Shown here: positions 21,443 to 33,920 of the stretch, one piece after another
Layout: every line of letters starts with the position of its first letter
Numbering within the stretch: position 1 is the first letter of the stretch
NCBI GenBank assembly: GCA_021838945.1
Contig: JAKCCH010000003.1
Coordinates: forward strand, 792 to 64,791
DNA from: Actinomycetes bacterium
GTDB taxonomy: Bacteria > Actinomycetota > Acidimicrobiia > Acidimicrobiales > Bog-793
DNA: 64,000 nucleotides
Direction of reading: 5' to 3'
Notes under the pieces: model-generated
Seen by the model: only the letters and a program-made list of their open reading frames with translations
What the model was told of the DNA's origin: nothing
The model's database searches: none
Made by a program: the position numbers and the translations under genes

Positions 21443-22690
21443 TCAGGTGCCATCGATGAGTTGCCAGTGCACGGCATCCCTCGTGCGCCACACGCCGAGC
21501 CTGAACTCGATGGCCCAGCCGTTTCTGGGGTCGTCGAAGGTGACACCGACGCCGGCCACCCCGTCACGAGTGGCATCCCTCGGCATTCCCTTCACCAGTG
21601 CCCAATCCCGGCCGGCGTCGAAGGTCACGAGGACGCCGATCCCGCTCACACCGATCCAAGCGCGCGTCGGGTCGATCGTCGCGAGCTGGGACAGCCTGCC
21701 GGCGAACCAGAGATGGCCGAAGGGAGCTCGCCGGGCGAGCGGCCCGGACGCTGGGCCGAAACCGGTGTACGCGCGGGGGACCCACGTCCGCCCTCCGTCG
21801 TATGACTGGAAGACGGCCTTGGCGGAGGCGGCCCCGCCCGCTCGCGGCGCTCCCCCGCAGATCATCCAGAGGACGTTCGCCTTCGGTGCGGCGATGTCGA
21901 CGGTGTCCCACGCCGAGCACGGGTCCGGCAACGACGTCCACCGGGCTCCGTCGTCGACGGTGTGCGCGAGGCCACCGCCGCTCGGCCCGTAGGACACCAC
22001 ATATGCCTCGTCGCGGTCCATCCGAGCGAGGACGTCCCCACCGTCGAACGACTGGGTGAGGGGTGACGCCGTCGCAGCCTGGTTCCAGTGGATGCCTCCA
22101 TCGGTCGATATGGCCACGTGCACCGAGCAGAGCGTGCTGGCAACGGGAGGGCCTTCGCAGACGGCATACGTAGCCCAGACGTCGTCACCGATCGGCACCA
22201 CTCGTTGCAGGCGACCGCCGAGCGCCTGGCCCTCGGCCCAGTGCGCTCCACCGTCGTGCGTGACGGCAACGCCGGCCGGGCCGAAGGCGTACCCGCTCCG
22301 GATCGAGACGAACTGCACTTGGGAGTACCCGTTCGCGAAGGGGAAGGGACCAACGAGGTGCCAGGTGCGCCCGGCGTCCTCGCTCCGGGCGAGTTCCTCG
22401 CTGTTGCCTCCTGCCGTGGCGTGGCGCTCGATCGCATAGCCCACCTGCAGGGTCGGGAACACGGGGTCGGAGTAGAGGTCGTAGGCCGGGACGAGGGCGC
22501 CGGGCCTCGGGAGGCCGGATCCACCGAGGGTTCCCGGTGACTTCGAGCCGGCTTGCAGGCGTGGCGCCGGCTGATGGCCGCGTACGACGTAGGTCGCCGT
22601 GGCAGCGATGCCGAACACGACGACGAGAGCCAGCGCGAACAGGAGATGCCGGCGACGGTCACGGTGCGTCGCCGCGTCACCGGTGGCCAC
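21443..22690 (-). CDS. Membrane-anchored BNR/Asp-box repeat beta-propeller protein (sialidase-fold/Ycf48-like), function unknown
   Basis: 415 aa with a GTG start and N-terminal TM helix HLLFALALVVVFGIAATATYVV. Six Asp-box-like motifs: SEDAGRTW, THDGGAHW, STDGGIHW, TVDDGARW, SYDGGRTW and TFDAGRDW. Confidence 0.8.
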   Translation of the reverse strand: MATGDAATHRDRRRHLLFALALVVVFGIAATATYVVRGHQPAPRLQAGSKSPGTLGGSGLPRPGALVPAYDLYSDPVFPTLQVGYAIERHATAGGNSEELARSEDAGRTWHLVGPFPFANGYSQVQFVSIRSGYAFGPAGVAVTHDGGAHWAEGQALGGRLQRVVPIGDDVWATYAVCEGPPVASTLCSVHVAISTDGGIHWNQAATASPLTQSFDGGDVLARMDRDEAYVVSYGPSGGGLAHTVDDGARWTSLPDPCSAWDTVDIAAPKANVLWMICGGAPRAGGAASAKAVFQSYDGGRTWVPRAYTGFGPASGPLARRAPFGHLWFAGRLSQLATIDPTRAWIGVSGIGVLVTFDAGRDWALVKGMPRDATRDGVAGVGVTFDDPRNGWAIEFRLGVWRTRDAVHWQLIDGT

Positions 22691-22713
22691 GGGTCAGCCG
22701 GGCGGCGGCGCCG

Positions 22714-25933
<3,220 letters not shown>

Positions 25934-26013
25934 GCCGACAGTCTCGCAGAACACGCCGTCGGCTCAGGTCGGCTCAGGTCGCGTCGAGTCGCCTCAGGCC
26001 GGCTCAGCGACCG

Positions 26014-27168
26014 TCATGCTGCCCGCAACCGCCCGACGGCCTCGGCCACCGCCTGCACGGCGCCGTCGATCTCGTGCTCTGCCGTCGTCGGAGCCAGCGA
26101 GAAACGAACGTGCGTCCGCGCCACCGCTCCGCTCAGGCCCATGGCGAGGAGGACCGGGCTCGGCTCGAGCGCTCCCGACGCGCAGGCGGAGCCCGCCGAG
26201 GCGGCCACGCCGAGCTGGTCGAGCACGAGCAGCATCTCCTCGGAGCCGATGCCCGGAAGACCCACGTTCACGACCGAAGGCAGGCGCGGCGCGCCATCGC
26301 CGGCGAGATCGGCGTCGGGCACGATCGAACGGATGCCGGCCAACAGCCGTCCCGCGAGGCGCGAGACACGCACGCAGGCCTCCTCCCGCTCGGCCGCTGC
26401 GAGCCGGGCCGCCGTGGCCAGACCGACGATGGCGGGGACGTTGGGGGTGCCGGCACGGAGCTCGCGCTCCTGCGGGCCGCCGCGCAGGATGGGTGAGAGT
26501 CGCCGGCGTGCGTCACCGCGGACGATGAGGACCCCGGCGCCCTTCGGCCCGCCGATCTTGTGGCCCGTGGCTGACACGAGGTCGACCGGCGCACAGCGCG
26601 AGACGTCCACCCAACGCAGCGCCTGCACGGCATCGGAGTGGACGAGCGCCGTCGGGGCGGCGTCCGCGACCAGCTCGGCGATCTCGGCGAGCGGCTGCAT
26701 CACGCCGGTCTCGTTGTTCGCCAGCATGATCGAGACGAGCACGACGCCGGACTGCTCGACCCGGAGGACGGCCTCGAGCGCGCCGACGTCGAGGACGCCC
26801 GAGGTGTGGACCGGCACCTCCACCCCGCCGAGGAAGCGGACCGGCTCGAGAACGGCCGGGTGCTCGGTCGCCGAGCAGCAGACGATCGCTCGCTCTGCGC
26901 CGGCCGCGACGGCGTGCAGCGCCGCGCCCGTGACGGCGAGGTTGTCCGACTCGGTGCCGCCACTCGTGAAGACGACCTCGGAGGGCTCGCAGCCGAACAC
27001 CGCCGCGACCTCGTCCCGGGCGTCGTCGAGGGCCCGCTTGGCGCCCCGGGCGAGCGCGTGCACGCCCGACGGATTGGCGAACTTTTCGGCCAGATAGGGC
27101 TCCATCGCCTCCCGGACCTCAGGTCGCACGGGCGTCGAGGCGGAATGGTCGAGGTAGATCACGGGCAC
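26014..27168 (-). CDS. iscS: Cysteine desulfurase (class V aminotransferase, IscS/NifS-like)
   Basis: 384 aa with a GTG start. PLP-Lys context SATGHKIGGPKGAG and catalytic-Cys region GSACASG. Lies directly upstream of mnmA. Confidence 0.92.
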   Translation of the reverse strand: MPVIYLDHSASTPVRPEVREAMEPYLAEKFANPSGVHALARGAKRALDDARDEVAAVFGCEPSEVVFTSGGTESDNLAVTGAALHAVAAGAERAIVCCSATEHPAVLEPVRFLGGVEVPVHTSGVLDVGALEAVLRVEQSGVVLVSIMLANNETGVMQPLAEIAELVADAAPTALVHSDAVQALRWVDVSRCAPVDLVSATGHKIGGPKGAGVLIVRGDARRRLSPILRGGPQERELRAGTPNVPAIVGLATAARLAAAEREEACVRVSRLAGRLLAGIRSIVPDADLAGDGAPRLPSVVNVGLPGIGSEEMLLVLDQLGVAASAGSACASGALEPSPVLLAMGLSGAVARTHVRFSLAPTTAEHEIDGAVQAVAEAVGRLRAA

Positions 27169-27173
27169 ATCCG

Positions 27174-28529
27174 CTACGACCCGGACGTCGCAGCGGCCGT
27201 CGTGCTCGGCGGACCGATCGTCGGCGAGACGCCCGGCGGGAACGTGCAGGACTGCGTCGCCGGCTCGTCGAGGAAGGTCGACTCGTCTGGCGGTGTCATC
27301 GAGGAGTCACCCGGCACCGTGCCTGCGGCCTCCACGGACGCGAGGGACAGGCCTTGGGACCGCCACCCGAGCTCGACCTTGAAGAACGTCGTCGTGACGT
27401 TCTCGACGATGGTGGACCACGGCGTCACTCCGACGTACGGATCGAGGTGACCGGCCTTCGTGAGCGTCTCGAAGAAGTGGACAGGGCCGGCGTCGATGTA
27501 GGAGTACAAGTCGGCTGCGAAACGCCCGAGGTTGCAGGAGTCAGCGATGCTCTGCACCTGCAGGACGGCAGGCGAGGTCGGCCCGGAGGAGTAGGTGTTC
27601 GATCCGTTGTTGCCGGGGCCGTCGAAGATCGCCTGCCCCGACAGCACCGCGACGGCCTTCGGGGCCGGCGACATCGACCTCCAGAACGGCTCGTACGCAG
27701 ACCCGAACGCGAGGGCCGCGACGACGTTGGCGCCGTCGCTCTGGCCGGCCAAGGCCACCTCCTTCATGTCGGCGACGCCTGCGAGCGGAGAGCCGGAGCC
27801 GCGGGCTGCTTCCATGGCGAACGCGCCCAGCACGTAAGCGATGTCTCCTGGCTCGTTCGTCTCGTCGTAGTCTTCGCCGTTGCCCCCGGCGCCCTCCGGA
27901 CCGCCGTAGAGGGTGACGGTCTCGGCGTTCTCGTCCGGGAAGACCGGTGCGACGACGACGAATCCCGCATGAACCCAGCTGTCCAGCAACGGCCAGTAGG
28001 TCTCCGGCATGGTGTTGAAGCCGTGCGCGAACACGATGACCGGGAACGGCCCGAATGCGCTCGCCGGCGCCGCGTTGGCTGTCTCGGCATCCGGCGACCC
28101 CTTCACCGTCGGGTAGAAGACCTCGGTGGTGAGCACTCGCCCCGTCTGAAGCGCTCCGGTGCCCGGGTTCGGGGTGTCCCGGCTCGGGTCGGTGAAGTGG
28201 AAGGTCGTGAGGCCGACGTTGTAGCTCGCCGGCGGACGCGGGACCTTCGGGTTCGTCGTCGTCGTCGTGGTGGTCGGGCCGTCGGTCGAGGTGCTCGTTG
28301 ATCCGCCGGCTCTCTTGCCGACGTGGGTGATCGTTGCGCAGGCCGCGACGCCGCCCGCGACGAGGAACAGGGCGCCGAGCGCGAGGCTCGTCCGCCGCCG
28401 GCGCAAGGAACGCTGCCGGCGCTCGATCTCGACTGTCCGGTGGACGGCGGGCTCCGGGCGCGTGCCCGGCATCGACCGGGGCGGCGGCGGCGGCCGGTGG
28501 CCGGATCGTGACGAGCGGGAGGAAGTCAT
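27174..28529 (-). CDS. Membrane-anchored alpha/beta hydrolase (chlorophyllase / PAF-acetylhydrolase / dienelactone-hydrolase-like lipase fold)
   Basis: 451 aa. A basic N-terminus and TM helix LALGALFLVAGGVAACA are followed by a Thr-rich linker (TTTTTTTN), a core with VFAHGF and GQSDG (G-x-S-x-G), and a C-terminal Pro/Thr/Ser tail. Confidence 0.7.
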   Translation of the reverse strand: MTSSRSSRSGHRPPPPPRSMPGTRPEPAVHRTVEIERRQRSLRRRRTSLALGALFLVAGGVAACATITHVGKRAGGSTSTSTDGPTTTTTTTNPKVPRPPASYNVGLTTFHFTDPSRDTPNPGTGALQTGRVLTTEVFYPTVKGSPDAETANAAPASAFGPFPVIVFAHGFNTMPETYWPLLDSWVHAGFVVVAPVFPDENAETVTLYGGPEGAGGNGEDYDETNEPGDIAYVLGAFAMEAARGSGSPLAGVADMKEVALAGQSDGANVVAALAFGSAYEPFWRSMSPAPKAVAVLSGQAIFDGPGNNGSNTYSSGPTSPAVLQVQSIADSCNLGRFAADLYSYIDAGPVHFFETLTKAGHLDPYVGVTPWSTIVENVTTTFFKVELGWRSQGLSLASVEAAGTVPGDSSMTPPDESTFLDEPATQSCTFPPGVSPTIGPPSTTAAATSGS

Positions 28530-28597
28530 TCAGGAAAGATGGCTCGGCGGAGTGGGGACGGAGCGCCCCTGCCGGTCACGTCCAAGAATTTACCGCC

Positions 28598-29080
28598 TCA
28601 GGGTTGCCAGATCATGATGGCGACGGCGAACGCGAAGCAGACGCTCGTGAGTCCTGCTGCACTCTCCATCCGGGTGCATGCCGCCGAGAAGCCGCCCGCC
28701 CTGCTCCCGTCCCCGTCCTCACCCGCCTGCAGCGCCGCCAGCGCACGCTGCGCCGCACGCTCGGCAGGCCAGGACACGAAGCACATGATCGCCACCGCAG
28801 TGCCCCAGATCGCGAGGCCGAGCCATGGCCAGGGCATGGTCTCGTTGCTGCGGTCGCCTCCGAAGAGCAGGGCCAGGCCGAGCACCGGGACGAGCAGCAC
28901 CGCCCGCGCCGGCCAGTCGATGCCCTCCCGGAAGAAGCGCACGACCCGCTCGTCGCCCGTCGGATCACGGCTGCGACGGCCGGCAGCAGCCGCCAGCCCG
29001 CCGACGGCGAGAGAGCCGAACCCGACGACGGCTGTGAGGACGTGCAGGATCAGCAGGGCGTCGTAGAGCGGAGCGGGCAT
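28598..29080 (-). CDS. Small integral membrane protein, function unknown
   Basis: Track ORF 28598-29416 trimmed to the ATG at 29080 (MPAPLYDALLILHVLTAVVGFGSLAVGGLAAAAG...). 160 aa with about four hydrophobic helices. Confidence 0.6.
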   Translation of the reverse strand: MPAPLYDALLILHVLTAVVGFGSLAVGGLAAAAGRRSRDPTGDERVVRFFREGIDWPARAVLLVPVLGLALLFGGDRSNETMPWPWLGLAIWGTAVAIMCFVSWPAERAAQRALAALQAGEDGDGSRAGGFSAACTRMESAAGLTSVCFAFAVAIMIWQP

Positions 29081-29220
29081 CAGGCTGCGGCTGGCGGAGA
29101 CACAGGTGGCAGAAGGGAAGCGCGCCGGGGGGTTGCACGTATCGCGGCCGTACCAGGAGTACCCTGAAAGAGCGTGGTCAACGGTGTCCGCAGCAGAGAG
29201 AGAAAGGGTACAGCGCGAGG

Positions 29221-30240
29221 GTGAACCAACTTCGGCTCGATCCTCTCTCGGGGAGATGGGTTGCGGTGTCGACCGACCGCTCCCATCGCCAAGGTGGTAC
29301 CTTCCTCCCCCGCCAGCCCACCCCTGACGTCGACGACGTCGAAGACTGCCCGTTCTGCCCCGGTAACGAGGGCGACACCCTGCCCGCGCTCGAGGTCTAC
29401 GGTCCGGCCGGGCCATCGGGGAAGTGGCTCGTCCGTGTCGTCCCGAACCGGTACCCGGCGTTCCAGGGTGACGCGGCCTTCGTCGTGGAGCACCGCGGAC
29501 CCGTGTTCACCGAGGCGCCCGCCAGCGGCATCCACGAGGTGCTCATCCTCTCGCCCGACCACGAGCGGTCCTTCGCCTCCCTGCCCGACGAGCAGTGCGC
29601 CCTCGTGATGGCTGCGATCCGGGACCGGGTCGAGGAGCACCAGAGCACCCCGGGCTTGCGCTACAGCCAGATGATCATCAACCACGGGCGCCAGGCTGGC
29701 GCGTCCATCGCCCACCCGCACGGCCAGCTGCTCGGCATACCCTTCGTGCCGCGTGAGCTGGCAGAGGAGCAGGCTGGCTTTGCCCGCTTTGCCGGCGGCT
29801 GCCTGCTCTGCGCCGCTGCTGCGTCAGAGGAGCGCGTCGGCTACCGCATCATCGAGGCGACCGAGGAGACCGTCACGTTCGCCCCGTTCTGGAGCGGCAT
29901 CCCCTACGAGATCCTCGTCGTGCCGCGCGAGCACGGGGCCCACCTGCACCGCTCGCCGACCCAGCGCCTCGTGGCCATCGGCCACGCCGTGCGCTCGGTC
30001 CTGCAGAGCCTCACCGAGCACCTCGGCGACATCGCCTACAACATCGTCTTCCACTCGGCCCCGTACCGTGCCACCGGCATGTACCACTGGCACGTGCACG
30101 TGCTCCCGAACCTGACGACGCGAGCCGGATTCGAGCTCGGGACCGGCGTTCTCATCAACGTCGTGTCCCCCGAGAAGGCCGCCGAGGACTTGCGGGAGGC
30201 AGCGGAGAAGCTTTCCGTCCGCGGCGGCTACCAGTACTGA
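29221..30240 (+). CDS. GalT-family (HIT superfamily branch III) nucleotidyl-transferase/phosphorylase
   Basis: 339 aa with a GTG start. Zn-site CPFCPGNE, VPNRYPAF, active-site HPHGQ and a second half with HWHVHVLP. The substrate cannot be assigned from sequence. Confidence 0.8.
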   Translation: MNQLRLDPLSGRWVAVSTDRSHRQGGTFLPRQPTPDVDDVEDCPFCPGNEGDTLPALEVYGPAGPSGKWLVRVVPNRYPAFQGDAAFVVEHRGPVFTEAPASGIHEVLILSPDHERSFASLPDEQCALVMAAIRDRVEEHQSTPGLRYSQMIINHGRQAGASIAHPHGQLLGIPFVPRELAEEQAGFARFAGGCLLCAAAASEERVGYRIIEATEETVTFAPFWSGIPYEILVVPREHGAHLHRSPTQRLVAIGHAVRSVLQSLTEHLGDIAYNIVFHSAPYRATGMYHWHVHVLPNLTTRAGFELGTGVLINVVSPEKAAEDLREAAEKLSVRGGYQY

Positions 30241-30247
30241 TCACGTC

Positions 30248-31477
30248 TCAGCCGCCTGCCAGTCGCGCCTCGATCTCTTCCATCTCACCCGGCACGAGAC
30301 GCCCGATGCCGCGCGCTCCGAGGTAACCCCGGAGGAACGCACGCCCGTTGTGCTTCACCCAGCCGCTCGCCAAGACCCGTGCGTTTCGCAACGTGGCCGG
30401 GGACTGGATCGCCGTTGCCTCCTCGGCCACCTGCCGCAGGGACACGAAGAGCGCCTCCACGTCCTCGACGGCGGCCGCCATGCGTCCTTCTCCCTGGCTC
30501 CCCGCGCCGGCGTGCGGCCCGATCAGCGGATCGTCCCCGAAGCCCGCGATGAGCCAGCCGGCGTCGACCCGCATCACGCGGCGCAGGTGGTAGTCGCCGT
30601 GGATGCGGATCTCGGTGACACCGCTCCCGTCCGGTGCCGGTCTCGTCCCGAACGCCTCGGCGAGGGCCAGGTGGAGCTCGGCCGTCGTGGCCCCGAGCCG
30701 GCGCATCTCGTCGCCGAGGTCGCCACCCGCCACTCCGACCTGCTCGAATTCGGGCTCGTGCTCACCGCCTCCAGCGCGGGCGAGCAGGTCGCGCAGCGAG
30801 GTGAGGGCGAGCGCCTTGCCTTCGACCGCTCCCGGGATGAACTCCCGCACGAGCGCCAGGTCGCCGATGCCCCGGGACCAGTGGGCGACCGGAGCGGGGA
30901 GATGGTTGAACCCGACGCGGTCGAGACCCACGACCACCTCGATCTCGGGCCGCGGCCGCGGTTCGATCACGCGGTAGCACTTCATGAACAGGCGCTCGTC
31001 ATAGATGAGGGCGGCGTGCGACGCGAGGGAGGCCACGACCCTCGCCCGGACCGCCTGCACCCGACCGCCGCTCGCGGCGCTCAAGAGGTCGCGGCACAGC
31101 TCCTGGTCGGCGAGCGCCTCGTAGAGCAACACCTCCTCCTCGCCCTCGCCGCTCGAGAGGCAGCCGGTGCCGAAGACGGCAGCAGGCCGCCGGAGGGTGG
31201 CCGTCGCATCGTCGGTGGTACGCCACCCGACCGGCACGTGCAGGCGGCGCTCGAAGTCCGGCCCTGCGTCGACGACGACGCTCGCGAGGCCCGGCGACCC
31301 GGTCCGTACGATCTCGACCTCGACCGGCCTCACCCGGATTCGGCGGGCGTCGACGACGTCGAGGACCGCCTGCACCCAGTCCTGCCGGGCGAGCCACGGC
31401 GCCAGCAAGTCGGCGAACTCCTCCTCGCCGCCACGAAGTGGGAGGCCACCGGTTCCGCTGCCCACGTGCGCGCTCAC
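30248..31477 (-). CDS. mak: Maltokinase (Mak/Pep2)
   Basis: Track ORF 30248-32218 trimmed to the GTG at 31477, giving a GTGA overlap with the treS stop. Kinase-like catalytic region is IRIHGDYHLRRVM. It sits directly downstream of treS as in mycobacteria. The exact start is uncertain. Confidence 0.8.
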   Translation of the reverse strand: MSAHVGSGTGGLPLRGGEEEFADLLAPWLARQDWVQAVLDVVDARRIRVRPVEVEIVRTGSPGLASVVVDAGPDFERRLHVPVGWRTTDDATATLRRPAAVFGTGCLSSGEGEEEVLLYEALADQELCRDLLSAASGGRVQAVRARVVASLASHAALIYDERLFMKCYRVIEPRPRPEIEVVVGLDRVGFNHLPAPVAHWSRGIGDLALVREFIPGAVEGKALALTSLRDLLARAGGGEHEPEFEQVGVAGGDLGDEMRRLGATTAELHLALAEAFGTRPAPDGSGVTEIRIHGDYHLRRVMRVDAGWLIAGFGDDPLIGPHAGAGSQGEGRMAAAVEDVEALFVSLRQVAEEATAIQSPATLRNARVLASGWVKHNGRAFLRGYLGARGIGRLVPGEMEEIEARLAGG

Positions 31478-33132
31478 GCGGCGGGACCCTCGCGGAGCTC
31501 GAACCAGTAGAAGCCGTATGGCGGCAGCATCACCGGGTACGGCTCGTAGCCGACTTCGGGGAACGGGATCCTCCCGAGGAGCTCGATGGGCTGGGCGTCC
31601 TCGTAACCGAGGAGGTTCAGCCGGACCGGCTGTGCGAACCGGCTGAGGTTGCTCACGCAGAGCACAGCCGGCTCGCCGACCTCGAGGCGGAGGAATGCCA
31701 CGACGGACGGGTTGTCCGCCGGCAGCATCTCCAGCGCTCCCGTCGCGAAGACGGGGTACTGACGCCGTACGTGGATCATGCGCCGCAGCCAATGCAGGAA
31801 CGAGGAGGCATCTCGCCGTCCCGCCTCCACGTTGACGCTCTGGTAGCCGTAGACCGGGTCCATGATCGGTGGCAGGACGAGCTGTGCGAAGTCCGCATGC
31901 GAGAAGCCGCCGTTGCGGTCCGGCGTCCACTGCATCGGCGTTCGGACCGCGTCGCGGTCGCCGAGGTAGACGTTGTCGCCCATGAGGATCTCGTCGCCGT
32001 AGTAGAGGATCGGCGCTCCAGGCAGCGACAGGAGCAGCGAGTGGAGCAGCTCGGCGAGCCGCCGGTCGTTCCCGACGAGCGGGGCGAACCGCCTCCTGAT
32101 CCCGAGGTTGCGGCGCATGCGGGGGTCTCGCGCGTACTCGCCGTACATGTAGTCGCGCTCGTCGTCGGTCACCATCTCGAGCGTGAGCTCGTCGTGGTTC
32201 CGAAGGAAGATGCCCCATTGGCAGCCGGCGGGAAGCGGCGGCGTCTGCGTGAGGATCTCGGTGATCGGAAAGCGCTGCTCACGGCGAACGGCCATGAACA
32301 TGCGAGGCATGAGCGGGAAGTGGAACGCCATGTGGCACTCGTCCCCGTCGCCGAAGTAGTCGACGACGTCGGAGGGCCACTGGTTCACCTCCGCGAGGAG
32401 GACCTTGTCCGGAAAGGACTTGTCGACTGCGGCCCGCAGGCGGCGAAGGACCGCATGCGTCTCGGGCAGGTTCTCGCAGTTGGTCCCCTCCCGCTTGGAC
32501 AGGTACGGCACGGCGTCGAGGCGGAAGCCGTCGAGCCCGAGCTCGAGCCAGTAGAGGACGACACCGAGCATGGCCTGTTCGACCTCGGGGTTGGCGTAGT
32601 TGAGGTCAGGCTGATGGTGGAAGAAACGGTGGAAGTAGTACTGCTCCCTACCCGTGTCGAAGGCCCAGTTCGAGGGTTCGGCATCGACGAAGATGACGCG
32701 GGCATCGGGGAATCCCTGATCGTCGTCGGCCCAGATGTACCAGTCGGCCTTTGCGTTCTCGCGTGACGAGCGCGACTCGGCGAACCACGGGTGCTGGTCG
32801 CTCGTGTGGTTCATGACGAGGTCGGCGATGATGCGGATGCCGCGCCGGTGCGCGTCCTCGACGAGGGTCACGAGGTCTTCGACACGACCGCAATCCGAAG
32901 CGACCGTGAGGAAGTCGCTCACGTCGTATCCACCGTCCCGTAAGGGTGACGGGTAGTACGGGAGGAGCCAGAGGCAGTCCGCGCCCAGCCACTCGAGGTA
33001 GTCGAGCTTGGCCTGTATCCCCGCGATGTCGCCGACTCCGTCGGCATTCGAGTCGAAGAAGCTCCGAGGCGCGAGCTCGTAGAACACCGCCCGCTGGTAC
33101 CAGCACGGGTCGCCCCCGGCAACGGCCGGCAC
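31474..33132 (-). CDS. treS: Trehalose synthase / maltose alpha-D-glucosyltransferase (GH13)
   Basis: Track ORF 31474-33573 trimmed to the GTG at 33132 (VPAVAGGDPCWYQRAVFYELAPRSFFDSNADGVGD...). GH13 regions are DLVMNHTSDQHPWF, GFRLDAVPYL, LAEVNQW and FLRNHDE. Confidence 0.92.
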   Translation of the reverse strand: MPAVAGGDPCWYQRAVFYELAPRSFFDSNADGVGDIAGIQAKLDYLEWLGADCLWLLPYYPSPLRDGGYDVSDFLTVASDCGRVEDLVTLVEDAHRRGIRIIADLVMNHTSDQHPWFAESRSSRENAKADWYIWADDDQGFPDARVIFVDAEPSNWAFDTGREQYYFHRFFHHQPDLNYANPEVEQAMLGVVLYWLELGLDGFRLDAVPYLSKREGTNCENLPETHAVLRRLRAAVDKSFPDKVLLAEVNQWPSDVVDYFGDGDECHMAFHFPLMPRMFMAVRREQRFPITEILTQTPPLPAGCQWGIFLRNHDELTLEMVTDDERDYMYGEYARDPRMRRNLGIRRRFAPLVGNDRRLAELLHSLLLSLPGAPILYYGDEILMGDNVYLGDRDAVRTPMQWTPDRNGGFSHADFAQLVLPPIMDPVYGYQSVNVEAGRRDASSFLHWLRRMIHVRRQYPVFATGALEMLPADNPSVVAFLRLEVGEPAVLCVSNLSRFAQPVRLNLLGYEDAQPIELLGRIPFPEVGYEPYPVMLPPYGFYWFELREGPAA

Positions 33133-33137
33133 GTTCG

Positions 33138-33908
33138 TCAACGCCCGATGAACCGGGCCTTCCCGGGGCCTTGCTCGAGGAACGTCCGGACGCCGGTCTC
33201 CGCGTCCTCGGTGGCGAAGACCTCGGCGAACAACTGGCGCTCGAGGGCCAGCCCCTCTGCCAGACCGGCTGCGAGGCCCGCGTCGACGGCCCGCTTGGCA
33301 AGGCCCTGCGCGACCACGGCTCCGCTCGCGAGGCTGCTCGCGTACGCGATCGCATCGTCGAGCACCGTCTCGGCCGCGCAGACGCGGTCCACGAGACCGA
33401 TCGCCGACGCCTCGTCGGCACGGACCTGCCGACCGGTGAGGATGAGGTCCTTCGCCCGGCTCGGCCCGACGAGGCGGGCGAGACGCTGCGTCCCCCCTCC
33501 GCCCGGGATCACGCCGAGCAGGACCTCGGGTTGTCCCATGCGGGCGCCCTCGGATGCGAAACGAAAGTCGCACGCCAGCGCCAACTCGAGCCCACCCCCG
33601 AGGGCGTACCCCGTGATCACTGCGATCGTCGCCCGCGGGAGCGCTGCGAGGGCGTCGAGCGCACCGTGGAACGCCGCCCCCACCTCAGCACCCCGCTCCG
33701 GTCCGCCGAATTCGCTGACGTCGGCGCCGGCCGACAGGCACCGCTCACCTCCCCAGATGACGAGCGCTCCCGGCAGGTCCTCATGAAGGCCCCGCACGAC
33801 TCCGGCCAGCTCGCCGAGAAGGCCCGTCGAGAGCGGGTTGAGCTTCGGACGGTCGATGCGGAGGACCGCGACACCGTCCGGCCGGCGCTCGAGCGTGAGG
33901 TCTCCCAT
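33138..33908 (-). CDS. Enoyl-CoA hydratase/isomerase (crotonase) family protein
   Basis: 256 aa with the crotonase core GYALGGGLELALACDFRFASEGARMGQPEVLLGVIPGGGGTQRL. Confidence 0.9.
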   Translation of the reverse strand: MGDLTLERRPDGVAVLRIDRPKLNPLSTGLLGELAGVVRGLHEDLPGALVIWGGERCLSAGADVSEFGGPERGAEVGAAFHGALDALAALPRATIAVITGYALGGGLELALACDFRFASEGARMGQPEVLLGVIPGGGGTQRLARLVGPSRAKDLILTGRQVRADEASAIGLVDRVCAAETVLDDAIAYASSLASGAVVAQGLAKRAVDAGLAAGLAEGLALERQLFAEVFATEDAETGVRTFLEQGPGKARFIGR

Positions 33909-33920
33909 CGGCTCTGCCTT

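Noticed and set aside
25955-26013. GGCTCAG-containing short repeats between iscS and mnmA
   Set aside because: There are only two perfect 10-bp copies plus degenerate ones in a 59-nt spacer, too little to separate from chance or slippage.
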